This document shows, one piece after another, positions 39,251 to 48,520 of a DNA stretch of 64,000 bases; position 1 is the first letter of the stretch, and each line of letters opens with the position of its first letter. The stretch is from Verrucomicrobiota bacterium. Its GTDB lineage: Bacteria; Verrucomicrobiota; Verrucomicrobiia; Limisphaerales; JADJPG01. A model generated the notes under the pieces. That model was not told where the DNA came from. It did no database searches and saw only the letters and a program-made list of their open reading frames with translations. A program made the translations under genes and the position numbers. The stretch covers positions 169,535 through 233,534 of the forward strand of contig JBJOEZ010000009.1 in assembly GCA_046048995.1 (NCBI GenBank), written 5' to 3'.

Positions 39251-41296
39251 ATGCATCCCCCCCGCTCCGCCGCCCTCGCCAGCCTCGCCAGCCTCGCCGC
39301 GATCCTGCCCCTGCTCGCGGCCCCGGCCGCCGCCCTCGCCGGGATCACCAACACCCCGGCCACCGGTCCAAGCAATCACTTCGCCCGGACCCCCTACGTC
39401 CAACTGGCCACCCCCTCGTCCATGGTGATCGTCTGGCGCACGCACGGCCCCATCGACCCGGTCGTGCGCATCGGCCGCCAGCCCCGGTTGCTGGACCGCT
39501 CGATCACGGCGACGACCATTGTCACCCGCGTGGCCCTGACGACCAACCGGACTGAACTGGCCCGGCTGGCCGTCGAGCAGCCCGAACTCCTCCGCCTGCC
39601 CCGCCTGCACAGCGCGCCGGTCGGCATTTATCAATATGAGGCCCACATCCGCGGCCTCAGCGCGGACACCCGGTATTACTACGCGGTTTATGACGGGGAA
39701 CGCCGGCTGACGGAGGCGGATGACTCCTACCGCTTTGCCACGCATCCCCTTCCGGGCACGGCGCGGCCGACGCGCTTCTGGGTGGTGGGCGACTCGGGCA
39801 CCGGGCGGCAGACGCAGTGGAACGTGCACACCGCCATGACCAACGTGGTCGCGCGGGAACGGCGCCCGCTCGACCTCTACCTGCATGTCGGCGACATGGC
39901 CTACCAGCGCGGGCGCGACGTGGAGTTTCAGACGCGCTTTTTCGAGCCCTACGACGCCACCCTCCGCCACACCGTCTGCTGGGCCTCCATGGGCAACCAC
40001 GAGGGGGGCACCTCCCGCGGCACCAACGGCATCGGCCCCTACTACGACGCCTACGTCCTGCCCGCCCGCGGCGAGGCCGGGGGCGTGGCCAGCGGCAGCG
40101 AGGCCTTCTATTCCTTCGACTACGGCCGCATCCACTTCATCTGCCTGAACTCCCACGACCTGGACCGCAAGCCCACCGGCATGATGGCGCGCTGGCTGAA
40201 GATGGACCTCGAGCGCACCCGGGCCGACTGGCTGATCGCCTACTGGCATCATCCGCCCTACACCAAGGGCACCCACAACAGCGACCGCGAGAAGCAACTG
40301 GTCGAGATGCGCACCCACATCATGCCCATCCTCGAGTCCGGGGGCGTCGACCTCGTCCTGACCGGCCATTCCCACATCTACGAGCGGTCCATGCTGATCG
40401 ACGGGGCCTACGCCACGCCCACCGTGGCCGAGGGGGTGGTCTTCGACGATCGCGAGGGCTCCCCGGAGGCGCCCTACCGGAAGAGCGCCGGGCTGGTCCC
40501 CAACAACGGGGCCATCCAGGTGGTGGCCGGCCATGGCGGCGCCGGCCTTGGCCGCAAGGGCACCATCCCCTTCATGCGCAAGATCATCGTCGAGCACGGG
40601 TCCTGCCTGATCGACATCGACGGCGATACCCTGCGCGGCCGCATGATCAACAAGTTCGGCGAGATCCGCGACGACTTCGCCCTCGTCAAGCGCGGTCGCG
40701 TCCGGCAGGAACGCCTGCTGGATCCCTGGCAGCCCCCCGACGTCAAGCCGCCCCGTTCCTCCGGCGGCGACCCCGGCAACGACATGCCCGAGGACTTTTT
40801 CCCGGCCATCGTGCGGCATTCGCAGGACTGGCTTTACCTCGCCGGCAAGGACGTGGCCGGGCTCCGCTGGACGGAGCGCGATTTTCCCGCCCAAGGCTGG
40901 CCCAAGGGCCAGGCCCCGTTTGGCTACGGTTACCCGGAGGCCAAGACGCAGCTCGCCGACATGCGCAACGGCTACCAGCGCATCTACCTGCTGCACGAGT
41001 TCCAGGTGGAGCACGCCGATTACGTGGCCGAGGCCGGACTGGTCATCAACTATGATGACGCCTTCATCGCCTACCTGAACGGCAAGGAGGTCCTGCGCAA
41101 GAACGTGGGCCGCGGCGCCGGGAAGGATGCCAAGGACATCAAGCCCCACGACGGCGCCAAATACCGCTACTACGTCTTCAAGGACTTCGAGAAGCACCTC
41201 AAGGACGGCCGCAACGTGCTCGCCATCGAGGGCCATAACGCCACCCTCGACAGCAGCGACTTCCTCATGGACCCCTACCTCATCCTGGAGGAGTGA
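39251..41296 (+). CDS. Secreted metallophosphoesterase (purple acid phosphatase-like) with an extra C-terminal domain
   Basis: The metallophosphoesterase motif order is FWVVGDSGTG, HVGDMAY, MGNHE, WHHPPY and TGHSHIYER. A ~170-aa C-terminal beta-rich domain of unknown role follows. Confidence 0.8.
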   Translation: MHPPRSAALASLASLAAILPLLAAPAAALAGITNTPATGPSNHFARTPYVQLATPSSMVIVWRTHGPIDPVVRIGRQPRLLDRSITATTIVTRVALTTNRTELARLAVEQPELLRLPRLHSAPVGIYQYEAHIRGLSADTRYYYAVYDGERRLTEADDSYRFATHPLPGTARPTRFWVVGDSGTGRQTQWNVHTAMTNVVARERRPLDLYLHVGDMAYQRGRDVEFQTRFFEPYDATLRHTVCWASMGNHEGGTSRGTNGIGPYYDAYVLPARGEAGGVASGSEAFYSFDYGRIHFICLNSHDLDRKPTGMMARWLKMDLERTRADWLIAYWHHPPYTKGTHNSDREKQLVEMRTHIMPILESGGVDLVLTGHSHIYERSMLIDGAYATPTVAEGVVFDDREGSPEAPYRKSAGLVPNNGAIQVVAGHGGAGLGRKGTIPFMRKIIVEHGSCLIDIDGDTLRGRMINKFGEIRDDFALVKRGRVRQERLLDPWQPPDVKPPRSSGGDPGNDMPEDFFPAIVRHSQDWLYLAGKDVAGLRWTERDFPAQGWPKGQAPFGYGYPEAKTQLADMRNGYQRIYLLHEFQVEHADYVAEAGLVINYDDAFIAYLNGKEVLRKNVGRGAGKDAKDIKPHDGAKYRYYVFKDFEKHLKDGRNVLAIEGHNATLDSSDFLMDPYLILEE

Positions 41297-41299
41297 CCC

Positions 41300-42247
41300 A
41301 TGGGTCCGCTGTCGTCCCGCCGGCCGCCCCGCCCCGCCCCTGCCCTGGGCCGGCTGCTGGTCCTGCTGGTGGCACTCGGACCCGCCCCGCTGCCCGCCCA
41401 CAACAGCCCCGACCACAACGCCGAAGCCGTCACGGCCCGGCTGGCCCGGGAAGGACGCAGCGCCGCCCTGCTCTGTGAACGGGCCCATCATTACCGCGAA
41501 CTGGGGCGCCTGGCCGACGCCGAGGCCGACCTCGCCGCCGCGTGCGAGCTGGCCCCGGGGGATCTCGACGCCGCCAACCAACTCGCCCGCGTGCAGTTTC
41601 AGCGCGGCGACACCACCCGGGCCCGGCAGACCCTGGACCGCGCCCTGCCCCGCGCCCGCTCGGCCGGGGAACGCGCCCCGCTCTGGCTGACCCGGGCGGA
41701 GGTGCGGGCGGCCGCACAGGACTACGCCGCAGCGCTGGCCGACTGCGAACAGGCCTTTGCGGCGTCCGACCCCGACCTCGACTGGTTCCTGCTGCGCGCC
41801 CAACTGCAGTTGCGGGCCGGGCGCCCGGCGGATGCCGCCGCCGGACTTCGCCGCGGCTTTGAGGAGACCGGGAACGCCGTGCTGGAGGCGGAATGGATTG
41901 AGGCCCTCATCGATGCCGGGCAGGCCACGGAGGCGCTCGGGCGAATTGAGGGACCCTTGGCCGCATCCCGCTGGCGCAGTTCCTGGCTGCTGCGCCGGGC
42001 CCGGGCACGCCTGGCCCTCGGCGACCGGGTCCGCGCCCGGGGCGACCTCCATGAGGCCGTGCGCGAACTCGATTCCCGACTGGTTGCGACCCGTCCCGAT
42101 CCCTCCCTGCTGCTGGACCGCGGCCTGGCCCGCGCCCTCCTGGGCGACCGCACCGCCGCCCGCGCGGATCTCGATCAGGCCCGCCGCAGCGGCGCCGAGG
42201 CCGCCGCCACCTGGCGGCTCGAATCGGAACTCGCGGCCACCCGCTGA
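41300..42247 (+). CDS. Secreted TPR-repeat protein
   Basis: The signal is RLLVLLVALGPAPLPA. Ala/Leu/Arg-rich TPR-like helical hairpins follow. The start is 3 nt after the preceding stop. Confidence 0.6.
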   Translation: MGPLSSRRPPRPAPALGRLLVLLVALGPAPLPAHNSPDHNAEAVTARLAREGRSAALLCERAHHYRELGRLADAEADLAAACELAPGDLDAANQLARVQFQRGDTTRARQTLDRALPRARSAGERAPLWLTRAEVRAAAQDYAAALADCEQAFAASDPDLDWFLLRAQLQLRAGRPADAAAGLRRGFEETGNAVLEAEWIEALIDAGQATEALGRIEGPLAASRWRSSWLLRRARARLALGDRVRARGDLHEAVRELDSRLVATRPDPSLLLDRGLARALLGDRTAARADLDQARRSGAEAAATWRLESELAATR

Positions 42248-42280
42248 TTCCCACATCCCAACCCTCCCCCGCGGGCCCGC

Positions 42281-43273
42281 ATGCGCCTGGCCATCGTCAG
42301 CGACATCCATTACGCCGGCCCCGGGGAATGCGCCCGCGCCCCGCGCCTCCTCGATCCCGTATCCCCCCTCCGCCGCGTGTTCCTGCGCCAGTTCCGGCAC
42401 TGGATCTGGCAACGCGACCCCACCGCCCACAACGACCTGCTCCCCCGCTTCATCGCGGGGGCCGCGACCCACGACGCGGCGATTGCCCTCGGGGACTACT
42501 CGTGCGACCTGGCCGGCATCGGGTTAGCCGATGACGACGCCCACGCGAGCGCCCAAGCCTGCCTGCAATCCCTGCGCAGCGCGTTCGGCGATCGCCTCCA
42601 CCTCACCCTCGGCGACCATGAACTCGGCAAAAAAATGCTCGGGGCCAACGCCGGCGGCCTCCGCCTGGCCAGCTATGAGCGCGCCACCCGGGACCTCGGC
42701 ATCCCGCCCGTCTGGCGCCGCGAGGTGGGGCCCCATGTCCTGCTCGGAATCACCTCCACCCTCTGGGCCATGCCCATCTACCTGGCCGAAGCCCTGCCGG
42801 ACGAACGCGCCGCCTGGCTGGAACTCGCCGAGGCCCACCGGACGGCTGTCCGCGCGGAGTTCGCCCGGCTCCAACCCCGCCAGCGCGTGATCCTGTTCTG
42901 CCACGACCCCACCGCACTGCCATTCCTGCGCCAGGACGAGGTCATCCGCAGCCGACTTGGGCAGGTGGCACTCACCCTCATCGGGCACCTGCACTCCCCG
43001 CTCATCCTTCGCCTCGCGGAAAAACTGGCCGGCCTCCCGCCGGTGCGGGGCCTCGGCCATACCCCGCGGCGCCTGACCACCGCCCTGCGCCAGGCCCGGG
43101 ACTGGAAGCCATTCCACGTCCGCCTGTGCCCGTCACCCTCCGGGATGCAACTGCTCAAGGACGGCGGCTGGCTCTCCCTCGAACTCGATTCGGACACCAT
43201 CCGGACCGTCTTCCACCCCCTTCCCTGGCCACCACCGCCAGCCTCCAGCCGCGGTGCCGGTCCACGGGCTTAA
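42281..43273 (+). CDS. Calcineurin-like metallophosphoesterase
   Basis: MRLAIVSDIHY, LGDYS, LGDHELG, LFCHDP and IGHLH motifs occur in the canonical order. Confidence 0.7.
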   Translation: MRLAIVSDIHYAGPGECARAPRLLDPVSPLRRVFLRQFRHWIWQRDPTAHNDLLPRFIAGAATHDAAIALGDYSCDLAGIGLADDDAHASAQACLQSLRSAFGDRLHLTLGDHELGKKMLGANAGGLRLASYERATRDLGIPPVWRREVGPHVLLGITSTLWAMPIYLAEALPDERAAWLELAEAHRTAVRAEFARLQPRQRVILFCHDPTALPFLRQDEVIRSRLGQVALTLIGHLHSPLILRLAEKLAGLPPVRGLGHTPRRLTTALRQARDWKPFHVRLCPSPSGMQLLKDGGWLSLELDSDTIRTVFHPLPWPPPPASSRGAGPRA

Positions 43274-43439
43274 ACCGCCCTGTGGGTGCTTCCCGCGCCG
43301 GGGGATATACCGGACCAACCCATGCTCGCCGGTGGGATGGCGTTAAGCCCCAACGGGGCGAAGAACATCACGGAATCCCCACCTGCGCCTCCCCCGATTC
43401 CGGCTTGGACTGCCTGCGCCCGTGGTGTTCCCTACCCTC

Positions 43440-44936
43440 ATGGCTGAGCCCTTCAAGTTAACCCGCATCCCCACGCTGAAAACGGCCGCCGAGTTCCGCG
43501 GGCACCTGGCCTCGCTGGGGCTGGAGTTGCCGTGCGACGACACGATGGCGACCGGCGCGGCCTCGCCGCTGGCCCAGGCGGTCCCGGGGTTGGTCATCAA
43601 CGGCAAGCGGTTGGCCAACCGCTGGGCCATCCATCCCATGGAAGGCTGGGACGCCACCACGACCGGGGCCCCGACGGACGAGGTCCGCCGGCGCTGGCAG
43701 CGCTTTGGGCAGAGCGGCGCGGCCCTCATCTACGGCGGCGAAGCCATGGCCGTGCGGCCGGACGGCCGGGCCAACCCCAACCAGTTGATCCTGGACGAGG
43801 CCAACCTGGGCGGGATTGCGGAACTGCGGGAAATCCTGGTGCGCGCCGCGCAGGAACGCTTCGGCCCCTCCCATGCCCCGGTCATCGGCTTCCAGCTCAC
43901 CCACTCGGGACGGTTTTGCAAACCGAACGACAAAAAGCGGCTCGAGCCGCGCGTCGCGTTCCGGCATCCCGTGCTGGATCGCAAGTTCGGCGTGACCTCG
44001 GACACCCAGGTGTTCACCGACGACGAGATCGACCGGCTGATTGGGGATTACATCGCGGCCGCGCGCCGGGCCTGGCAGGCAGGGGCGGACTTCGTGGACC
44101 TCAAGCATTGCCACGGCTACCTGCTGCACGAGTTCCTCGGCGCCCACACGCGCCCCGGCAAATACGGCGGCAGCTTCGAGAACCGCACCCGCATCCTGCG
44201 CGACATCGTGGCGGGCATCCGGGCCGACGGGAACCCCGTCGAACTCGGGGTGCGCCTGAGCGCGTTTGACTTCGTCCCCTTTCGCCCCGACCCCACGCGG
44301 GCTGAGCCTGGCAAGCTGGGACCCGGCATCCCGGACGAGTTCCCGCTTCCCTACGTCCATGCGTTCGGCTGCGACGCGGCAAACCCGGTGCAGCCCGACC
44401 TGCGCGAGACCTTCCAGTTCGCCGACCTCTGCGTCTCGCTCGGGGTGAAACTGCTCAACCTGACGGCCGGATCCCCCTACTATAACCCCCACATCCAGCG
44501 CCCCGCCGCCTATCCGCCCAGCGACGGCTACCAACCGGCGCACGATCCGCTCATCGACGTGGTGCGCCAGATCCAAGTGACCCGGCAGGTCCGGGCACAC
44601 CTGCGTCAGGGCGCGGGCGCCGCGGCTCCCGCCGTCATCGGCACGGCCTACAGTTATCTCCAGGAATACCTGCCCCATGTGGCGCAGGCGGTGGTGCGGG
44701 AGGGTTGGACGGACCTGGTCGGGCTCGGGCGCATGACCCTGAGCTACCCGGGGATCCTGGCGGATGCCGTCCAGGGCGGGACGCTGACGACGAAGCTGCT
44801 GTGCCGGACCTTCAGCGACTGCACCACGGCGCCCCGCAACGGGCTGCCGAGCGGGTGTTATCCGCTCGACCGCTTCTACGCGGAGCGCCCGGAGGCGAAG
44901 GAACTGAAGGACATCAAGAAACGGGCCGGGGCCTGA
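43440..44936 (+). CDS. NADH:flavin oxidoreductase (Old Yellow Enzyme-like TIM barrel) with a Cys-containing C-terminal extension
   Basis: ATG 43440 (the track start 43422 is a GTG). HPMEGW, FQLTHSGR and DLKHCHGYLLHEFLGAHTRPGKYGGSFENRTR are typical of the OYE/NemA family. Confidence 0.8.
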   Translation: MAEPFKLTRIPTLKTAAEFRGHLASLGLELPCDDTMATGAASPLAQAVPGLVINGKRLANRWAIHPMEGWDATTTGAPTDEVRRRWQRFGQSGAALIYGGEAMAVRPDGRANPNQLILDEANLGGIAELREILVRAAQERFGPSHAPVIGFQLTHSGRFCKPNDKKRLEPRVAFRHPVLDRKFGVTSDTQVFTDDEIDRLIGDYIAAARRAWQAGADFVDLKHCHGYLLHEFLGAHTRPGKYGGSFENRTRILRDIVAGIRADGNPVELGVRLSAFDFVPFRPDPTRAEPGKLGPGIPDEFPLPYVHAFGCDAANPVQPDLRETFQFADLCVSLGVKLLNLTAGSPYYNPHIQRPAAYPPSDGYQPAHDPLIDVVRQIQVTRQVRAHLRQGAGAAAPAVIGTAYSYLQEYLPHVAQAVVREGWTDLVGLGRMTLSYPGILADAVQGGTLTTKLLCRTFSDCTTAPRNGLPSGCYPLDRFYAERPEAKELKDIKKRAGA

Positions 44937-44949
44937 CCCCCGCGCCGCC

Positions 44950-46905
44950 TCAGCGCACGGCGGCCAGCAGGCGGGGCAGCAGGTCGGCGATGCGGATGCG
45001 TTCCTGGCGGCCGTCGTCGCGATGCCGGAGGGTGACAGTGTCCAGCAACTCGGGCTTTTCGCCCAGGGTGTCGAAGTCGATGGTCACGCCGAACGGCGTG
45101 CCGGCTTCGTCCTGCCGGGCGTAGCGGCGCCCGATGCTGCCGGCCTCGTCGTAGAACACGTTGAGATGGGGGCGGAGCAACTCGCGCACCTCGAGCGCCT
45201 TTTTCACCAACTCCGGCTTGTTCTTGAGCAGGGGGAAGACCGCGGCCTTGATGGGGGCCACCCGCGGATGGAACCGCATGAGGACCCGCGTCTCGCTCTT
45301 GCCCTTCTCGTCGGTGTCCGTGATCTCGTGGTAGGCGTTGCAGATGAGGGACAGGATGAGGCGATCGACCCCGGCGGACGGCTCGATCACATGCGGGACA
45401 TACTGGCCCTTGGCCAGGCCGTCGGCGTCCTCCTTGGCCTGGGCGGCGGCGCGATCGGCGGGCACCCCCATCTTGGCGAGGTACTTGAGCCGGTTGTCGT
45501 GGTAACGGCGCGAGAGATCCGCCTTGCGGGTGTCGTCGAGCTTCCCCCAGGCGGCGCGGAGATCCTCGTCAAACACGCCCATGGGCTTGCCGGAAAAGCG
45601 GGCATGCTGGGACAGGTCAAAGTCGCTGCGGGCGGCGATGCCCTCCAGTTCCTCGCCCACGTAGTTGCCCTGCGCATCCTTCTTGCTGAAGGGAAACTTG
45701 AAGAGGATGTCGACGCAGGCCCGGGCGTAGTGGGCCAGTTCCTCGGCGGTCTGGCGATGGAACCCAAGGGTCTGGCGCGAAAGCCCGATGCCCTCGTAGA
45801 AGCGGACGCGTTCCTCGACCCAATACTGGTGCCAGGCCTGCCACCCCCAGTTGGGCTGGGGTTCCCCCGGATGACCGGTCTCGGGCACGGTGGCCACGCT
45901 GCCATGGATGGCCTCGATGGCCTCGTCCGGCTTGATGAAGAACTCGAGTTCCATCTGCTCGAACTCGCGGGAGCGGAAGGTGAAGTTGCGGGGCGTCACC
46001 TCGTTGCGGAAGGCCTTGCCGACCTGGGCGATGCCGAAGGGCACCTTTTGGCGCGAGGTTTCCAGCACGTTCTTGAACTGGGCGAAGATGGCCTGCGCCG
46101 TCTCGGGCCGCAGGTAGGCCACGTTGTCCTCGTCGGCCACCGGGCCCACGTAGGTCTTGAACATCAGGTTGAACGGGCGGGGCGCCGTCAGTTCCGCGCC
46201 GTTCTCCGGGTTGAAGCGGGTCGTCCCCTGCACCGCCTCCCGACGCTCCAGGATCAAATGCGGGTTCTCCATCCCCCGCTGCCGGTAAAACTGCGCCGCC
46301 GTCTTGCGCGCCTGCGCCTCCTCATGCTTGCTCTCCTCCACCAGCACGGAAAACCGCTGCACATCCAGCCGCGGCTGGCTGGCGGGGTCCACGCCGGACT
46401 CCGGCAGGGCCAGCGGATGCTCCCGCAGCACCTGCTCCAGCGCCCGGCGCACGTCCACGGGCGAACCCGCCGCCGCCACGGACTGGAACCGCGCCTTCCC
46501 CTGCACCGCCCCGGCAAAGGCATCCACCCGCGCGTCATCCTGGAAGGCCCCCGCGAAGTGATACACGACCCCCGACTGGGGCTCGATCTGGTCGGCCCGG
46601 AACCGCTTGCGCGTCAGCAGGCAGTCGCACATCGGATCGCTGAAGGTGTCCACGTGACCGCTGGCCCGCCAGATCTGCGGGTGCATGATGATGGTGGCCT
46701 CCAGGCCCACCACGTCGTCGCGCAGCCGGGTCATGGTCGTCCACCACAACTCCTTCACGTTGCGCTTCAACTCGGCACCCAGCGGACCGTAGTCCCAGAA
46801 CCCGTTGATCCCCCCGTAAATATCAGACGACTGGAAGACAAACCCCCGCCGCTTGCACAGCGAGACAATCTTTTCCATCAACACGTTTTCCTTCGGCTCA
46901 GCCAT
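44950..46905 (-). CDS. glyQS: Glycine--tRNA ligase (homodimeric class II type) with large insertions
   Basis: MEKIVSLCKRRGFVFQSSDIYGGINGFWDYGPLG, FNLMFKT, FRNEVTPRNFTFRSREFEQMELEFF and PHVIEPSAGVDR are present. The product is 651 aa (alternative ATG at 46878). Confidence 0.9.
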   Translation of the reverse strand: MAEPKENVLMEKIVSLCKRRGFVFQSSDIYGGINGFWDYGPLGAELKRNVKELWWTTMTRLRDDVVGLEATIIMHPQIWRASGHVDTFSDPMCDCLLTRKRFRADQIEPQSGVVYHFAGAFQDDARVDAFAGAVQGKARFQSVAAAGSPVDVRRALEQVLREHPLALPESGVDPASQPRLDVQRFSVLVEESKHEEAQARKTAAQFYRQRGMENPHLILERREAVQGTTRFNPENGAELTAPRPFNLMFKTYVGPVADEDNVAYLRPETAQAIFAQFKNVLETSRQKVPFGIAQVGKAFRNEVTPRNFTFRSREFEQMELEFFIKPDEAIEAIHGSVATVPETGHPGEPQPNWGWQAWHQYWVEERVRFYEGIGLSRQTLGFHRQTAEELAHYARACVDILFKFPFSKKDAQGNYVGEELEGIAARSDFDLSQHARFSGKPMGVFDEDLRAAWGKLDDTRKADLSRRYHDNRLKYLAKMGVPADRAAAQAKEDADGLAKGQYVPHVIEPSAGVDRLILSLICNAYHEITDTDEKGKSETRVLMRFHPRVAPIKAAVFPLLKNKPELVKKALEVRELLRPHLNVFYDEAGSIGRRYARQDEAGTPFGVTIDFDTLGEKPELLDTVTLRHRDDGRQERIRIADLLPRLLAAVR

Positions 46906-47006
46906 AGGTCAAATCAGGGGCGGCAGTCTTCGGGATGAGGTGGGGCAAGTCAAGGCAGGCCGGGCCGGCGGGCCCGGCCGCCCGCCCATGTGCGCACCAC
47001 GACGCT

Positions 47007-47729
47007 TCAGCGCGGGCCGGGGGACGCCGGCTGTTCCCGCGCCTCGCGCCAGGCCCGTTCCAGCACGGGGCGAATCCGCGCCGCAAACTCCACATAGGCG
47101 GCCGGCCGCAGGTGCAACCGATCCTCCACATACAGCTCCAAACGGGGCTCGCCGGCGGCGTCAAAGAGGGCCGGGTTCACGTCGATGAAGGCGTGCCGGG
47201 GCGTCGCGGCACAGTAATCGCGCACCAGGCCGTTGTAGCGGTCCACGCGATCCCACCGTTCCCGGCGATCCGGCGACCGCGTGCTGCTCACAAACAGCAG
47301 GTGCGTGGCCGGCATCTCCCGCTGCACCCGGCGCGAAAACTCCCGGAACCGCTCGAAGATGGCCTGGGGATCGTTCCCGGCCTTGAGGTCGTTGCTGCCG
47401 CAGTAATAGACAATCACCCGCGGGGCGCACGGCGTCACCACCTGGGCAAAGCGGTCCAGCTGATCTCCCGTGCGCGAGCCCCCAAAGGCCCGGTTCCGCA
47501 CCGGCAGCGGCGCCATCATGTCCGCCACATTCGTCCACAACCGGAAGATGCTGCTGCCGACAAACAGGATCTCACCGGGCGCCGGCGGACGGACGCGATC
47601 CGCCTCGCGCATGGCCTGGATGTCCGCCTCAAAGCGGGGAACCGCCGGGCTGCCGGCAGGGGCCGCCGCCAGGCGAAACGCCACGAGCAGGAGCGGGAGG
47701 GCGGCGAGGGAAATCAGGCGGGCAATCAT
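47007..47729 (-). CDS. Secreted SGNH/GDSL-like esterase
   Basis: The signal is MIARLISLAALPLLLVAFRLAAA. ILFVGSSIFRLW (Ser block), FGGSRTGD and YCGSNDL are present. Confidence 0.7.
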   Translation of the reverse strand: MIARLISLAALPLLLVAFRLAAAPAGSPAVPRFEADIQAMREADRVRPPAPGEILFVGSSIFRLWTNVADMMAPLPVRNRAFGGSRTGDQLDRFAQVVTPCAPRVIVYYCGSNDLKAGNDPQAIFERFREFSRRVQREMPATHLLFVSSTRSPDRRERWDRVDRYNGLVRDYCAATPRHAFIDVNPALFDAAGEPRLELYVEDRLHLRPAAYVEFAARIRPVLERAWREAREQPASPGPR

Positions 47730-47784
47730 GGCGTGGAAAAGGCGGGGCGGGCGGGGCAGGCTCCGGTCGGCGGCGGCAGGCGGT

Positions 47785-48498
47785 TCAGCCCAGCGTCAAC
47801 TCGCGGTAGCGCACGGCCCCCGGCCGGGCACGATCGAGGAGGGCGGCCTCCACGTTGCGGCCTGGCAGCGTGACGGGCGGCACCGGTGGCACCGCCAGGT
47901 CGGCCAGGGGGGTGCCCTCCTGCAGGGCCTGCCAGGCGAGCAGGCAGAGGCCGGCGACGTGCCGGAGGGATTGGGTGGGCTGCACTTGCCCGCGCAACCA
48001 GGCCGCGGCCTCCTCCTCGCGCTTGGGATCCACATGAGCCACGACCAGCCCACCGACCTCGTAGTGGTGATGGCCGTCGTAGCGCACCCGCACCAGCAGA
48101 TCGGACGCCGGGCTCTCGCCCAGCTCGGCCCAGACGGATTCCACGATGCTGGGCGGGGAGAAGATTTGCTCGAAGCTGGCCTTGAGGGCGGGGCTGAGGG
48201 CGAAGCTGATCAGCCGCCGCAGGGTGACGTCGGCGGGCGAGCGCTGGAATCCCTCGAGGTGGGCGGCCTCGATGGCGGACTGACGGAGTTTCTCGATGTC
48301 AACCGGATGGCCGAGGGCGGCGCAGGCGTGGCGGTCGTAAATCTCGAAGACCTTGGAGCGGCCGAGGCCGACCCCGAGCAACAGGATGCCCTCCGGGCGG
48401 GAGACGGCGAAGACGGGCGTGCCGCCGCGCAGCTGCTCGCGGATGTATTCGCGCCGGTTGGCGATGGCTTCCAACCAGCGATAGGGCTCTTCAGTCAT
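47785..48498 (-). CDS. prcA: Bacterial 20S proteasome alpha subunit
   Basis: It is collinear with my memory of M. tuberculosis PrcA: KVFEIYDRHACAALG vs KISELYDRVGFAAAG, and the C-terminal VEAALLDRARPGAVRYRELT vs LEVAVLDANRPRRAFRRIT. It lies directly downstream of prcB. Confidence 0.8.
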   Translation of the reverse strand: MTEEPYRWLEAIANRREYIREQLRGGTPVFAVSRPEGILLLGVGLGRSKVFEIYDRHACAALGHPVDIEKLRQSAIEAAHLEGFQRSPADVTLRRLISFALSPALKASFEQIFSPPSIVESVWAELGESPASDLLVRVRYDGHHHYEVGGLVVAHVDPKREEEAAAWLRGQVQPTQSLRHVAGLCLLAWQALQEGTPLADLAVPPVPPVTLPGRNVEAALLDRARPGAVRYRELTLG

Positions 48499-48520
48499 GG
48501 GAGGCCTTGGGGGATTGGGC

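Noticed and set aside
37919-42472. A 1517-aa minus-strand ORF, the longest in the window.
   Set aside because: It is antisense to four recognisable plus-strand genes (SGNH hydrolase, PAP-like phosphoesterase, TPR protein, metallophosphoesterase) and codon-register-locked to them. Its composition is Gly/Ala/Arg/Val/Asp-rich with no motif. This is a typical stop-free antisense frame in a very GC-rich genome.
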